Shown here piece by piece: positions 24,624 to 38,418 of a stretch of DNA of 64,000 nt (the stretch's first letter is position 1; every line of letters starts with the position of its first letter). Below the pieces are notes generated by a model that saw only the letters and a program-made list of their open reading frames with translations, had not been told where the DNA came from and did not search any database. This stretch comes from Octopus sinensis (taxonomy: Eukaryota). Position numbers and translations under genes: made by a program. Where the stretch lies: the NCBI RefSeq assembly GCF_006345805.1, contig NC_043022.1, positions 10,106,001 through 10,170,000 of the forward strand, written 5' to 3'.

Positions 24624-25559
24624 ATATAATTATATATTATATATATTTAATATTATATATTATACATACATACATACACTAGCAGTATAGCCAGTTTGCC
24701 CAGGATTATATATATATAATATAATATATATTTGTATATCGTCATCACCATCATTGTTTAATATCCATCTTCCATGCATACACATGCTTCTGCTAAATAT
24801 TGATAAAAAATATACATAGAGACACAGGAGTGGCTGTGTGGTAAGTAGTGTCTTTACCAACCACATGATTCTGGGTTCATTCCCACTGCATGGCACCTTG
24901 AGCAAATGTGTTCTACTACAACCTTGCGATGACCAAAGCTTTGTGAGTGGATTTGGTAGACAGAAACTGAAAGAAGCTTGTCATATCTATATGTGTGTGT
25001 GTATATATATGTTTGTGTGTCTGTGTTTGTCCCCCCCCCCCGAACATCACTTGACAACCGATGCTAGTGTGTTTACGTCCTCGTAACTTTGCGATTCAGT
25101 GAAAGAGACCGATAGAATAAGTACTTGGCTTACAAAGTATAAGTCCTGGCACCGATTCACTCGACTAAAGGCAGTACCCAGTATGGCTGCAGTCAAGTGA
25201 CTGAAACAAGAAGTAAACGAGTAAAAAACACAAAACAAAACAGATGAAAGAATATACTCAAATTCTTGAGTTCTATATGTACATGTCTGTCTTCATGCTC
25301 TATGCGTTTGTGTTTGTGTGTGTTGTTTGATTCTCTGTCTGAAGAAATTCTAATAGAAGATAACTTAGATGTCTTCTACAACATGTACAATTTTGTAACT
25401 CCTATTAGCAAATGAAACACATGTAATGGTGAATAAATAATACCAAAACACTTTCCAATCTCCTGTCTTGATAAGTATGTTTGTGTTTGTGGCTGAATGT
25501 TATTCCAAACACTAACCACTTTACAGATATACAGAGTGTACTGGCTTCCTCACACATGC

Positions 25560-25990
25560 CAAACAAATAAAATTCTCTACCACTTCAAATACAATTCCAT
25601 CATGAGAGATTTCTGGATTACTCAAGAAGGAAGTAGGTGTAAGTCCAAAATGTTACATGTTTTTAATTTTTCCTTCATGCTGACTGTGAGGGCAAAATCC
25701 TTTGCAGCAGCAGCTGGGAAGCGGTTTACCATTCTTTGAATATCTTCAAGTGTATAGGCAGCAAGGTTACAGTCAGCTGCAGAGAGCAACTCACACTAAG
25801 GCATTTCTGATAGTGTAGTTTTAGCAGGAAGATGTTGAAGGTTGAAAATGTTTCCATTATTTTGAAATTGTATCTTGCAGTCGATTGGTATTTCTCTGAA
25901 AATAATATCAAGTATAGCAGAGAAGTAGATGCTGGTTCCTCTACCATATTCCATTTAACACTTTATATATCTAGTCTCATTCTCAACATC
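25560..25990 (-). mobile_element. Decayed RTE LINE reverse-transcriptase fragment
   Basis: YFSAILDIIF...NLQHLPAKT...ELLSAADCNLAAYTLEDIQRMVNRF..AAKDFALTVSMK (degenerate FADD region). Confidence 0.8.
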
Positions 25991-27439
25991 CTCTCGTATA
26001 AGCCATCACATTTCTCATTATACCTATCCCTCAGTACTCCCATATCTCTTTCATGAAGGCGTGTGGCTTAGTGGTTAGGGTGTTGGAATCACGTTTGTAA
26101 AATTGCGGTTTCAGTTCCTGGACCAGGTGATGCGTTTTGTTCTTGAGCAAAACACTTCATTTCATGTTGGTCCAGTCCACTCAGCTGGTAAAAATGTGTA
26201 ATCCGGCAACAGACCAGTGTCCCATCCAGGTTGGGAATATATATGTCATGAAACTGGGGAACCAGCCCTTATGAGATGTGGTTCAGGAAGGACAGATCAG
26301 AAGGTAGAGGAATGATGTGCAAAGTGAGGAAAGCGATATCGGTAAAAACAGTAAAGTCACCTTCTCAAGTCATGCCAACTCATAAGGGCAGTGCTCCAGC
26401 ATGGCTGCAGTCAAATGACTGAAACGAATAAAAGAATAAAATAAAGTATTTATCCATGAATAAGGTATTGAGTACTTGTTCTTTCTGTTCACCGCCATCA
26501 TGTTTGTGTGTGTGTGTGTTCTACTTTTTATATATATATATGCAAACACATATATACATAAATATATATATTGTTGCTATTATGTTAAACTGTTGTATGT
26601 CCAAATTTGGCCAAATGCGTGTTTCAATATTTATTTTTGCTTGCAATAGCTGGTTCTTTTGGTCAAACTATCATATCTCCAGCTGCTTCAGATGCCACGA
26701 TAGCAAACATTGCCAAAGCGTAGTACAACGGTTTTGCTATGGAATGGTGAAACTATTTTTTTGTTTTCTGAAAAAGCAGCATTTTGACTTTACAGCACTT
26801 TTGCATAAAAAGCAATGACATGTAGAATAGAGAATAGGAAAGCAAATTTTACAAGTAGTTTAGATTTGATTATGCTTAACAGCTGTTTCATTGTCAGCAT
26901 AGGATTTTAATGACTTGTTACCCATTGAACTCCTAAGTACTATAGATTTATATTTTCTGTATGTTTAGGCACACACACACACGCACACATTATATACATA
27001 TATATATATATGTGTGTGTATATGTGTACACTCATTATTTAGTTCTTAATTGTTTAGCTGTCATCATTGTCAGACTTCATTTTACAGAACTTGAGAATTC
27101 CACCTGTGACCACACGGCAGTCCTATGTGATGATTCACCCAAAAAATTGCAATATCAGGCAGTTGTTGCAACATTATTGACACCTGAATAAGCTATGTTT
27201 ATATAGGTACTATATATAACCTATTTAAAACCTGTATAGTCAGGGCTGATTCAGCTGTTTCTCTGTAGACTGAAAATAATGATGAATAAACTCAATCAAT
27301 TTTCAAATCTTACTGAATTCTGATTAGAGGTGTTGTCTACTTCGATTTCACCAATCCCAGAGAAACAAGCAGACAAATCTGTTTATATATTCAACAATTA
27401 CAGTAGCTGCTGAAAACTGGATGTATATATCTATATCTA

Positions 27440-27494
<55 letters not shown>

Positions 27495-27734
27495 TATATT
27501 ATATATATCATCATCATCATCATTTAGTGTCTGCTGGCATGGGTTAGATGGTTTGACCGAAACTGGCAAGCTGGAGAGCTGCACCAAGTTTCAATCCGAT
27601 TTGGCTTGGTTTCTATGGCTGGATGCCCTCCCTAATGCCAACTACTCCAAGAGTTTAATGGGTACTTTTTATGTGCTACCTGCATTGGTGCCAGTTACAT
27701 GACACTGGTATTGGTCACAACTATGATTTTACTG

Positions 27735-28026
27735 AGTGGAGGCACATGGCCTAGGGGTTAGAGCAGCGGACTCATGGTCGAGGGATCGCAGGTTCGAATC
27801 TCAGACCGGGCGATATCTGTGTTTATGAGCGAAATACCTAAGCTCTACGTTGTTCCAGCAGAAGGTAATGGCGAACTTCTGCTGACTCTTTCACCACAAC
27901 TTTCTCTCACTCTTTACTCCAGCATCTTGCAGCTTACCGGCGTCCCATCCAGGTGGGGAACCTATACGCCAAAGAAACTGGGAAACCGGCCCTTATGAGC
28001 CAAGCATAGCTCAAGAAGGAACAAAC
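27735..28026 (+). mobile_element. SINE-C nested in SINE-D, 12-bp TSD
   Basis: TSD ATGATTTTACTG at 27723-27734 and 28027-28038. Confidence 0.88.
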
Positions 28027-28359
28027 ATGATTTTACTGGGCTTGACAAGTCTTCTCAAGCACAGCATATCACCCAACGGTTTTGGTCACCTGTCATCACC
28101 TTTGTAAGGCCCAACATTTGAAGGGTGCTTTTTACATGCCACCTGCACAGGTGTCACTTATGTGACACCTGCATTAGGCATGACTACAATTTGACTTGGT
28201 TTGATGGGTCTTCTCAAGCACAGCATATTGCCAATGGTCTTTGTCATTTGTCATTTCTTCTCTGAGGCCCAGCATTTAAAGATCATGCTTCACCACCTCA
28301 TCCCATGTCTTCCTGAATCCACCTCTTCCACAGGTTTGGTACTTTCTTACACAACTGTC

Positions 28360-28414
<55 letters not shown>

Positions 28415-31400
28415 TCAGTTAGAGGAGTTAAATGCTACTTTCTCCTTTCTTAATTAAATTAAGGCATACCAGGGAAAATGACGAGTTTCTCCTTGTTATT
28501 TACATCCATTTTCTTCTTGTATATATATATATAATAATAATATATATATATATACATACATACATACATATATATGTACTTGTTTTTGCCAGCTGAGTGG
28601 ACTGGAGCAATGTGAAATAAAGTGTCTTGCTCAAGGACACAATGCATCGCTGGGAATTGAACTCATGACCTTACGATTGTGAGCTGAATGTACTAACCAC
28701 TAAGCTTTGCGCCTTCACTACATTAAGGGTACACATGTCTGTGGAGTGCTTAGCCACTTGCACATTAATTTCACAAGCAAGCTGTTCTGTCGATCATATC
28801 AGCTGGGACCATCGTTGCCATAACCAACAGAGTGTTCCTATTCATATATCTCTATATACAATATAATAAATTCAAGAACTAATTTGTGTGTCAGTATGTC
28901 ACTCCTCTCTCACTATTCATTGACATTCCTACTATTATTCATGTTGGGGTGAGAGTAATAGTAGGCATAGAGATGATGAGGGTGGTGGCAAAAACAGAGA
29001 GAGAAAGAAAGAGAAAGAGGCAAGGAAATTTTGGGAGTGTTTTTATTAAAAGTAATAGTGTTGATGGTGGCAGTGGGAGTAATAATAAGAGAGAGAGAGA
29101 GAGAAAGAGGGACTGAACACTGAACTAACATACTGAACACAATTCTTTTACACACATGTTTAGCTTTTTTGTGATGGTAATTGTATGAGCTGTAGTTGTG
29201 TTAGAGGCAGGGGTGGCAGTGATGATGGTGGTGGTGGTAACCAAGGCAGTCAAGGATGATGGTGAGAGTGATATGAAAGACAGTGGTGATGGTGGTGGAG
29301 GGGAAGGCGGTGAAGTCAACAGAGGTATTGATGGTGGTGGCATCAGATATCTGAATGGAGTGTGTATGGCAGATGTGGTGATGGTGGTGCTACTGTTGTT
29401 TATCATGCAGCTTTGCAGTAAGTTCAAAGCCGACAAATTATATCATTGTTTTGATGAAAATTGTTCATTGCTTGAAAAATATTGGTCAAGTTTAATAAAA
29501 TTTAACATGTACTCAATGCATGAAGTGTCATTGTTGGGCCCAAGGCCCAATGAAGAGCCCTCCACAGGAGCTAGCTTAAAAGCCACCTGATAGGGCAGCT
29601 TTTAAGCTAATATATATATATGTGTGTGTGTGTGGAGGTGCACTGGCCCAGTGGTTAGGGCAGCGGACTCGCAGTCTGAGGATCATGGTTTCAATTCCCA
29701 GAACGGGTGTTGTGTGTGTTTATTGAGCAAAAACACCTAAAGCTCCACGAGGCTCCAGCAGGGGTTGGTGGCAACACTGTTGTACTCTTTTGCCCCAACT
29801 TTCTCTCCTGTTTCTTGAGTAACACTGTGATGGACTGGCATCTCCTCCAGCTGGGGGGGAAAACATATGCCATAGAAACCGGGAAACCAGGCCCATGAAC
29901 CTGGCTAGTCTTGAAAAGGGCGCATAAATAAAAATAATAAATATATCTATATCTATCTATCTGTATATATATATATGAGTAGTATAAGATGTGGATTCAG
30001 GGAATCGTTTGGCTATCTTAGAAAGCTCCTCTTACAGACTTGACTCACAAGGCTCCTAATAGTCAATTACAAAGAACACTGATGTAGATTGTCCATGTAA
30101 ACTGAAAATCCAATTAAGGAAAATATTCCATGAGGAGTACATAAACCATGAAATTAGGAAGTATGGGGAGGTGTCTAGGGAGAGTCATTTATGCCAATAG
30201 TATTAACACATGCACTGGTTCAGTCCCACTCTATTATTAGTCAATTAGCTAAATATCCAACAAACTAATTGATCGTTTGTGTAATTTGGTTAAACAGCAG
30301 TTCATTTGTTTTGTTTTTGTTTCGAATATATATTTATTTAACTACATGATTACGGTAATTTTTCAAACTTCTTCATCTAGTATTAATGTCAGTATCGAAA
30401 AAAGTAATGCTTACATGTTTGCTTTAATATATAATAGCACTATGACCCAGCAACGCCGGGTCACAGTGCTAGTGCATGCATATACAGCTGCGTGCGTGCG
30501 TACATACACGCGAGTACTGTCCAAATCTCCGACCAGTCACATACAGCTAGCTGGCATTCAATTGGCGTATCAAGTTTTGGGCATTTTGATTGGGTTTTGG
30601 ATAGAAAATTCACAAAAAAGTCACTTCTATTGATTTTTAATGGCTTTGCAGGGTGACTGGGGAAATGTAAAGATATGCACGACCACCCTTGGATGGTTTT
30701 GAATGACCATAGAAAGTGCGAGCTCTCTAACTGAAAAATTGTGGATTTGTATAAAGGACACACAGATAGACATATTGCCGTTTATATATAGAGAGATGCT
30801 CTGCATTGTGCAGTTGTATATTCACAAATTAACCTTTTAACATTCACATTATTCTGCCAAAAGCAATGTTTTTCTATTCATATTGTTTCGAATAACATGC
30901 ATTATCTTGTAGCCTTACAATTTTGATGAGGTAACTGTTAATTTTCAGAATGTGAGAGGCCACATCTGGCCAGTTTGAACATAAAACAAGCAGAATATTT
31001 TGACCGGATATATCCAGTTTAAATGCAAATGAAGAAAGCTAGCTCATCAGCGCACCAGAACATCATGGTTGCACTAACTTTGCATTAGTTTGTGTACATA
31101 CAATTGTATTATATAATGCAGACAATACATATCAATGCAAACTTGTATGCATTATTTCATCCATGCTGACATTAAGACTTACACGAAGAAGGCTGCAAAC
31201 CGGCCGTAATCTTATGGAAGTCATGTAAATAAATATATATTCAGCTCTCATATCTCCTGACTTTATTGCCTATTCAAATTATAATCTTGCAATGACTGCC
31301 TGCTATTGTAATTGTTTGGATGAATAAACACTAGTAACTGCTGTGTGATCACAGGTGGAATTCTCAGGTTCTGTTAGACAAGGTCTGATGACAGTTAAAA

Positions 31401-31479
31401 TGGTTAAGAACTAATTAATGAGTGTCTGTGTATGAATTTGTACATTCAGACATATGCATACATCATATATATATATATA

Positions 31480-32110
31480 CTAGCAGTATCGCCCGGCGTT
31501 GCTCGGGTTTGTAAGGGAAATAACTATATAAGCATTTTTAGAGTTATAGCAAAAAAATAGCAAAAAATGCATTAAAAATGGAAAAAATATGATGGTCAAT
31601 TTTTTTTAAAATCGTTGACTCATCGTAGACATTTTTAGAGAGTTACTTCCCTTATATAATAGCGAAAAAATGCATTAAAATGGAAAAAAAACGATGGTAA
31701 ATTTTTTTTTAAATCGTAGACTCATGTAGACGCTTTTTTAGCCATTTCTGTTTTGGTGTCTTCAAGCCATGAAGTCGTTCTAAAAGAACACTGGTCTCCT
31801 TGACAACGCATTACGACGTTGATTTCCTTACACTCCCTTCCCCACAGGTGCAGGTGTGAGCGTGGACGCCAACTCCGCCGCCATCGACACACGAAAAATT
31901 ATGCATTAAAATGGAATAAAAAATGATGTTAAATTATTTTTAAATCGTAGACTCATCGTAGACGCGCGCTAATATTCAGACGGGCTCGATATGAATCACG
32001 ACTATAAGCTACCCGAATTTGGTTAAACTGCACCGCAAAATGTGGGAGTAGTTAGGAATCTAAATCGAAGGGGACAGACACTCACACAACTACAGTTTTA
32101 TATATATAGA
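31480..32110 (-). mobile_element. Non-autonomous Helitron (631 bp)
   Basis: A|TCTATATATATAAAA 5' end, subterminal hairpin cccgagcaacgccggg, CTAG|T 3' end, internal tandem duplications. Confidence 0.8.
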
Positions 32111-32244
32111 TATACATAGCGCAGTAGTGGTGAGATGTGACAGCAAAGAAAAGCATACATCACTCTCTGCATGCAATTAGACTCGGAAAGTTCGTGAGGA
32201 ACCCATTGACCCAATTTGCTGACTTTTCCGATAGCACACAGGTC

Positions 32245-32550
32245 TCAATGAATGGTTGAATGACCAAATCCAAGCTTCTCTGCTAGTTCCTCAACAGTTA
32301 CGATGAGATTTTGTTCCACCAGGGTTTTCAGGATGTCCTTGTCGAGTTCTACAGATCTTTCAGGATGAGGCTCGTCTTCTAGGCTGTAGTTTATGGCTCG
32401 GGATTTCTGGAACCACCATTGACACTGCCTTACGCTTATTGTCCAATCCCCATATACTGCATTAATATTTCTTGTACTTTGCACACATTTATATTCTGTT
32501 ATTCTTTTATATGTTTCAGCCTTGAGGTTGTGGCCATGCTGGATCATGTG
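32245..32550 (-). mobile_element. Mariner transposase N-terminal (HTH) fragment
   Basis: TRNINAVYGDWTISVRQCQWWFQK...SLEDEPH...DILKTLVEQN..TVEELAEKLGFGHSTIH. Confidence 0.87.
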
Positions 32551-32777
32551 TGTGTGTGTGTGTGTGTCTATCTGTCTGTCTGTCTGTATGTATATATGTA
32601 TATGTATGTGTGTGAACAATAATATTTTCAACAGATGTGTTGCAAATGTATCTGATTGTTCTCAAGCTTCAATACTGTGTGTGTGTGTATGTATGTATGT
32701 ATGTATGTATGTATGTATGTATATGTATGTATGTATGTATATGTATGTGTGTATGTATGTATGTGTGTGTGTATGTA

Positions 32778-32810
<33 letters not shown>

Positions 32811-33868
32811 ATGTATGTATGTATGAGTGTATGTTTACTTTATTACTAACACAAGCCACTACGGTTATTTAATGAAAGTCTTCCTCAAATCACTCTCTCT
32901 CTCGCTATTTTCACTCACTCTTAGCTCTTAGCTTCCCATACATTTTACTCATGTATCTATCAGCGTCATAGACAGAATACTTTCAGTTTAGTCTTCCTCA
33001 AATCACTCTGTCGCTATTTACTTTCATTTTATTCGTTGCCCACTGTGTGTGTGCGTTTGCGTGTGGTGTAAACCAGACTAAGAAAAGCATTTGACACACA
33101 CACCAGAATGTGAGTTTTCTGTAAATTTTGCTTAATTGGAGTTTAAATTTTAAAAACTAGACCTGGCATGACGCGATGCATTGTACTCTTAAAAATGCTA
33201 GGTAAATTGTAATTGAAGAAATGCTATATTGTAGATTTCTATAACTCCCAAAGGGAGGCAGATAAAATCTGCCTTTTATAATAAGAGATATTGATGTATA
33301 TTGTTTTGTTCGATTTTAATGTTCCCATTTGTATAATTAATAAATAATGTGAAATTGTAATATCCGTAAGTTGATGATCAAAATGAATTTGTTTCTCCAT
33401 TTTCTTATTTGTATTATGAATTTATGGTAAAATATTTTTTACCTTCACCCATTCAATACAATAAATGAATTAATTGCATTGCAATTATAAGCATTTATGT
33501 ATTTAATATTTGGGTGCTTCACCAGCAGTATATTGGATAACTGATATCCCATAGTGGGTTACTTTCATAACCCCTATCTTACTTTGTATAATATATATAT
33601 ATATCATCATTTAATATCCGCATTCCATGCTAGCATGGGTTGGACGATTTGACTGAGGATTATTATGTTTGGGGCACCGTGTATGTATAAGTGTGACTAA
33701 GAGTGATGACGCACCTACATTGCTAGAAATAAGGATTAAAATACTCTTAATGCTGTACAAAGAGTGCAATATAAGTATGTCAGTACTCTTAGTCACGCTT
33801 AGTGACAATTGAATTTTTCCTTTTATGGTATTACATTGTGCTTAGCTGTTAATATTAATTTGTGTGTG

Positions 33869-33901
<33 letters not shown>

Positions 33902-35960
33902 ATACATACATACATACATACATACATACATACACACACACATATATATACTATAATGGAGAAAAGTATATAACAATTACTAAAAGTACTAAAAGAAAGC
34001 AACTATTGAAAGGTTGACCATCTGGAAATATTTTTATAAATTCATGTCCTAAGAAATTTCCTGTAATTTTGATTTCTCAAGTTTATTGAATTTTTTAACT
34101 CCAATTTCTTGCAAATTTAAATATTCATTGCATTCACTGTGGAGTATTCCATTTTCATTTGCTAAATCTCTTCACTTTCTCTTTTAATGTTTCCATTTGA
34201 AGTTTTAATTTTCTATTTGGAAAACTGACAGTTTACTCTATTAATGTAACTGTAATGTAAAAACATTATTTATTGAATGAAATTTTTTTTGAAACACCTA
34301 TATAATTTTTGTAAAAGAAATTTTAAGTGATTTTGTTGTTATGGCTGTTTGGAACACTATAAGCCTTACAAAAGTAACTATCCAGACTGATTTTAGCCAT
34401 TTTCAATTTTAACTTAAAAACCTTTTTGGCAAAAAAAAAAAATTAAAATAAAGCAAATTGTAAATATTTTCAGAGGAAAAGGTGAACAATTCAAAGGAGG
34501 TTTCGCTGTTGTTTCTAGCACAACCCAACCCGCCCTCCGTTTACAGTTTCACATGTATTGATGTTTTTTCAATATTTTCCTCCCATTAAATGCATTTTAT
34601 AGAAGATGCCAAAGTAACACACGTGTGGTCCATTGATAGAAGAAAAACAACAAAATAAATTGTAATCTAAATTTTTACCCCCACCTTCATGCTTTATACA
34701 TTCACACACAGACATATTTGATGTACAATATATGGATTTATATAATCTAGTGGTAATCAAAAACAAAAAAAGCTCTTTTAGTAGACCCAGATACAAACCA
34801 CATAAGTAAACCAATACATAGGAATGTGATGTAGAGTCCTATGCAGTTGTAATCCAGTAAATCAAATTACTAATGATTATTTCATTAGGAGTTTATAGAA
34901 TGTAATGAAAGCCAGGAGGTATGAAATAAATATATTTATTTCACCATTTATAGGCGTAGGAGTGGCTGTGTGGTAAGTAGCTTGCTTACGAACCACATGG
35001 TTCCGGGTTCAGTCCCACTGCGTGACACCTTGGGCAAGTGTCTTCTACTAAAGCCTTGTGAGTGGATTTGGTAGATGGAAACTGAAAGAAGCCTGTCATA
35101 TATATGTATATATATATGTATGTGTGTTTGTGTTTTTCCCCCTGACATCGCTTGACAACCGATGGGTGTGTGTTTACAACCCGTAACTTAGCGGTTCGGC
35201 AAAACAGACTGACAGAATAAGTACTAGGCTTACAAAGAATAAGTCCTGGGGTCGATTTGCTTGACTAAAGGCGGTGCTCCAGCATGGCCACAGTCAAATG
35301 ACTGAAACAAGTAAAAGAGTATTTGATATCCATAGGGTGATGATCGTTTTGCAGCCAACATCATGCAAAAATAATTTATTTTAGTGTATAATAAATCATC
35401 TTACGTATCTGCACTAGTATGTGTTATAAATTGCATAATACTTTTGTACATTTTAAAAATAAATGCAGATATAGAAGGCTAGCTCATCAGATCAACAGAA
35501 TATCATTGTTATTTCTATCTTTTCTCCTTTCTACCCAAATAATATAGGATTTCACTTACAAGTCAACCTCCTCTTGTGTGTCCAGAAAATCCAGAATTTT
35601 TTCACATTGCTCCAATATAAGTCAACCATAGAGCTTCAGGTCTGTCTTAAGATACATACAACTAATGTTGTATTTCTGAGATGAGAAATTTTATGTTACG
35701 TGTTCATTGGACTGGTGTCTGCATCTTGGGCATTGCCTTCTATGTTTTGGCCAGTGTATATTCCAGCCTTCTTCAGATCTCTGGTGATTCACCTTAGTGC
35801 CTTGCCTGGGATTGAACTCAGAATCACTAGGTGATTGCACTGCATTAACTAGTGCCTTTATCCACTACACTATACTCATAGGCAGTGACAGAGTTGATGT
35901 CTTATGTTGACTCCATAACAATTGGAAATACATAAATATAGAATTGTATTTCTGGTTAGT

Positions 35961-36256
35961 GTGGAGGCGCAATGGCCCAGTGGTTAGGGCAGTGGACTTG
36001 TGGTCGGAGGATCACGGTTTCAATTCCCAGACCGGGCGTTCTGTGTGTTTATTGAGCGAAAATGCCTAAAGCTCCACGAGGTTCCAGCAGGGGGTGGTGG
36101 TGACCCCTGTTGTACTCTTTTGCCCAACTTTCTCTCACTCTCTCTTCCTGTTTCTTGAGTAATGCTGCGATGGACAGCTGGGGAGAACACATACGCCACA
36201 GAAACCAGGCCCATGAGACTGGCTAGGCTTGAAAAGGGCGGCGTTTATAATTTTTT
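35961..36256 (+). mobile_element. SINE-C with 14-bp TSD
   Basis: TSD TATTTCTGGTTAGT at 35947-35960 and 36257-36270; related copy at 29633-29925. Confidence 0.88.
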
Positions 36257-36944
36257 TATTTCTGGTTAGTAGAGTGGATGACATCAGTGGAGGTTTACAA
36301 GCCTTAAAAATTCACTCTGACCCTATCTACAGACATAACATACAGAATAAAGGTGTTAGTTAATGCAGTGCAGTCACCTACAAGTTCTAAGTTCAATCCC
36401 AGGAAAGGCACATGGTATAGTTATCAGAGCTTTTACTTTTGCCATAGGATGATGTATATAATCTTAGTATTTTTGTTTTGTAATGGTTTATGTGTATATA
36501 AATGTGGAGGTAAGGAGTTTGGTAAGATTGTGGTTCCAATTCCTGGATCAGGCAATTCTTTGAGCTCTACAGCAAAATACTTCTTGTCACGTTGCTCCAG
36601 ATTCGGCAGTCAAAAACAAGTAATCCTGCAAGAGATTGGCACTGACTCCAGGAGGGAATACATATGCCTCAGAATCTTGGAAACCAACCTTATGAGTCAA
36701 TAGCTTGGGAAGGACAAGCAATCTTCTTTGGTACTTAAATTATGCTTTCATATATCAATCTTTGAAAATTTGTATCCACACAAATGCAGGTGTGGCCGTG
36801 TGGTAAGAAGTTTGCTTCCCAACCACATGGTTTTTGGTTCAGTCCCACTGTATGGCACCTTGGGTAAGTGTCTTCTACTATAGCCTTTGACCAACCAAAC
36901 CCTTATGAATAGATTTCGTAGATGGAAACTGAAAGGAGTTTGTC

Positions 36945-37251
36945 GTGGTTAGAGCGTCGAGCTTACGATTGTGAGGTTGTGAGCTTGAGTCCTGGACCGG
37001 GCTGCGTGTTGTGTTCTTGAGCAAGACACTTTATTTCATGTTGCTCCAGTTAACTCAGCTGTAGAAATGAGTTTCAACGTCACTGGTGCCAAGCTGTATC
37101 GGCCTTTGCCTTTCCCTTGGATAACATCAGTGGTGTGGCGAGGGGAGGCCTGTATGCATGGGCTTCCATAAACAACCTTGCCCGGACTTGTGCCTGGGAG
37201 AGTAACTTTCTAGGTGCAATCCCATTCTCAGTATCGTGACCGAAGGGGGTC

Positions 37252-37256
<5 letters not shown>
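36945..37256 (+). mobile_element. SINE-E (CORE-like central domain) nested in SINE-B
   Basis: gtgttcttgagcaagacactttatttcatgttgctccag; minus-strand relatives at 1554-1790, 38745-39060, 63420-63720. Confidence 0.7.
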
Positions 37257-37307
<51 letters not shown>

Positions 37308-38055
37308 CTATGTGTATCTATGTTTGACCTCCCCACCACCACTTGACAACTGGTGTTGGTGTATTTACGTCCTTGTAACTTGGCAGTTCACCAAAAGATA
37401 TCAATAGAATAAGTAAAATTCTTCAAGGTAGTGTCCCAGCATGGCCATAGCCTAATGGCTGAAACATGTAAAAGCTAAAAGCCATGTGGATCCCTTAAAT
37501 TCAGCCTTAAAAAATGTTCTGTAAAACATGACCGTTATTATATAAAGATGGTGTATGTAGTGAGGGTAATTCGGCAGCTGTTTCTTGCAGATTGAGGTTT
37601 TACCATTGAACTGTGAATTGTAGAATGAAGAGTGCTTGGGGCCAGTGTGAAAGGAGACAATAATGGTGTTGTCCAAAGAATTATGGAATGAAAGAATGAA
37701 AACAAAGCAAAACGGTTTTGTAAAAGACAGTTTTTTTTTCTTCTTTATTTGCCACTTTAAGAATATAAAGTTGAATAAAACCAGCCTGAATGTCTATATA
37801 ATACTATAATATGGTGAAAAGTGTGTAGGTGTATGCATAAGTATACAAACGCATACACAGTTGTGAATGTATTATGTATGTATGCATATATATATGTGTG
37901 TGTGTGTGCATGCATGACAGAGTATGGATGTAGATATATGTTTATTTGTGTATGCGTTTAAAGTATAATGTGTATTAACTCACACTAGCATGCAACTCAC
38001 TAATCTAATATAAAACCATTTCAAAATGACTAAGCACCAGAATATAAATGTGTGC

Positions 38056-38100
<45 letters not shown>

Positions 38101-38235
38101 TATACACACACACATATATATAGACACACATATATGTGTATGTATAAATGTATATAAGTGTGTATAATTTTGTATATATTTATATATTTTTTTTATTATA
38201 ATGGAATCGTTACTGTGAAGCAGTGTGTAGAATAC

Positions 38236-38418
38236 ATTGTATAAAGGATCGTGGGTAAGGTCAGAACAATGCGAAGTAAATGCCAGATAAATCACAAGAA
38301 AACAAATATATGAATTAATGCAAAGTAAGTCTACATTAATTCATATATTTGTTTCCGTGTGATCTGCCTTGCATTTACTTCGCATTGTTCTGACCTTACC
38401 CACGATCCTTTATACAAT
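38236..38418. repeat. 183-bp palindrome (probable TA-flanked MITE)
   Basis: Perfect 48-bp outer stem (38236-38283/38371-38418), perfect 21-bp inner stem (38300-38320/38334-38354), 13-nt loop. Confidence 0.9.

Noticed and set aside
25497-25739. Plus-strand ORF with exon-like acceptor and donor
   Set aside because: The opposite strand is explained by an RTE reverse-transcriptase fragment
26645-27195. Exon-like pieces (GSFGQTIISPAASDATIANIAKA*, ELENSTCDHT...TPE*)
   Set aside because: No family match and no consistent frame linkage; part of the region (cacaggtggaattctca) recurs inverted at about 31348, indicating a repeat
29198-29590. 130-aa ORF
   Set aside because: Mostly (GGT/GAT)n low complexity; the remainder is unrecognised
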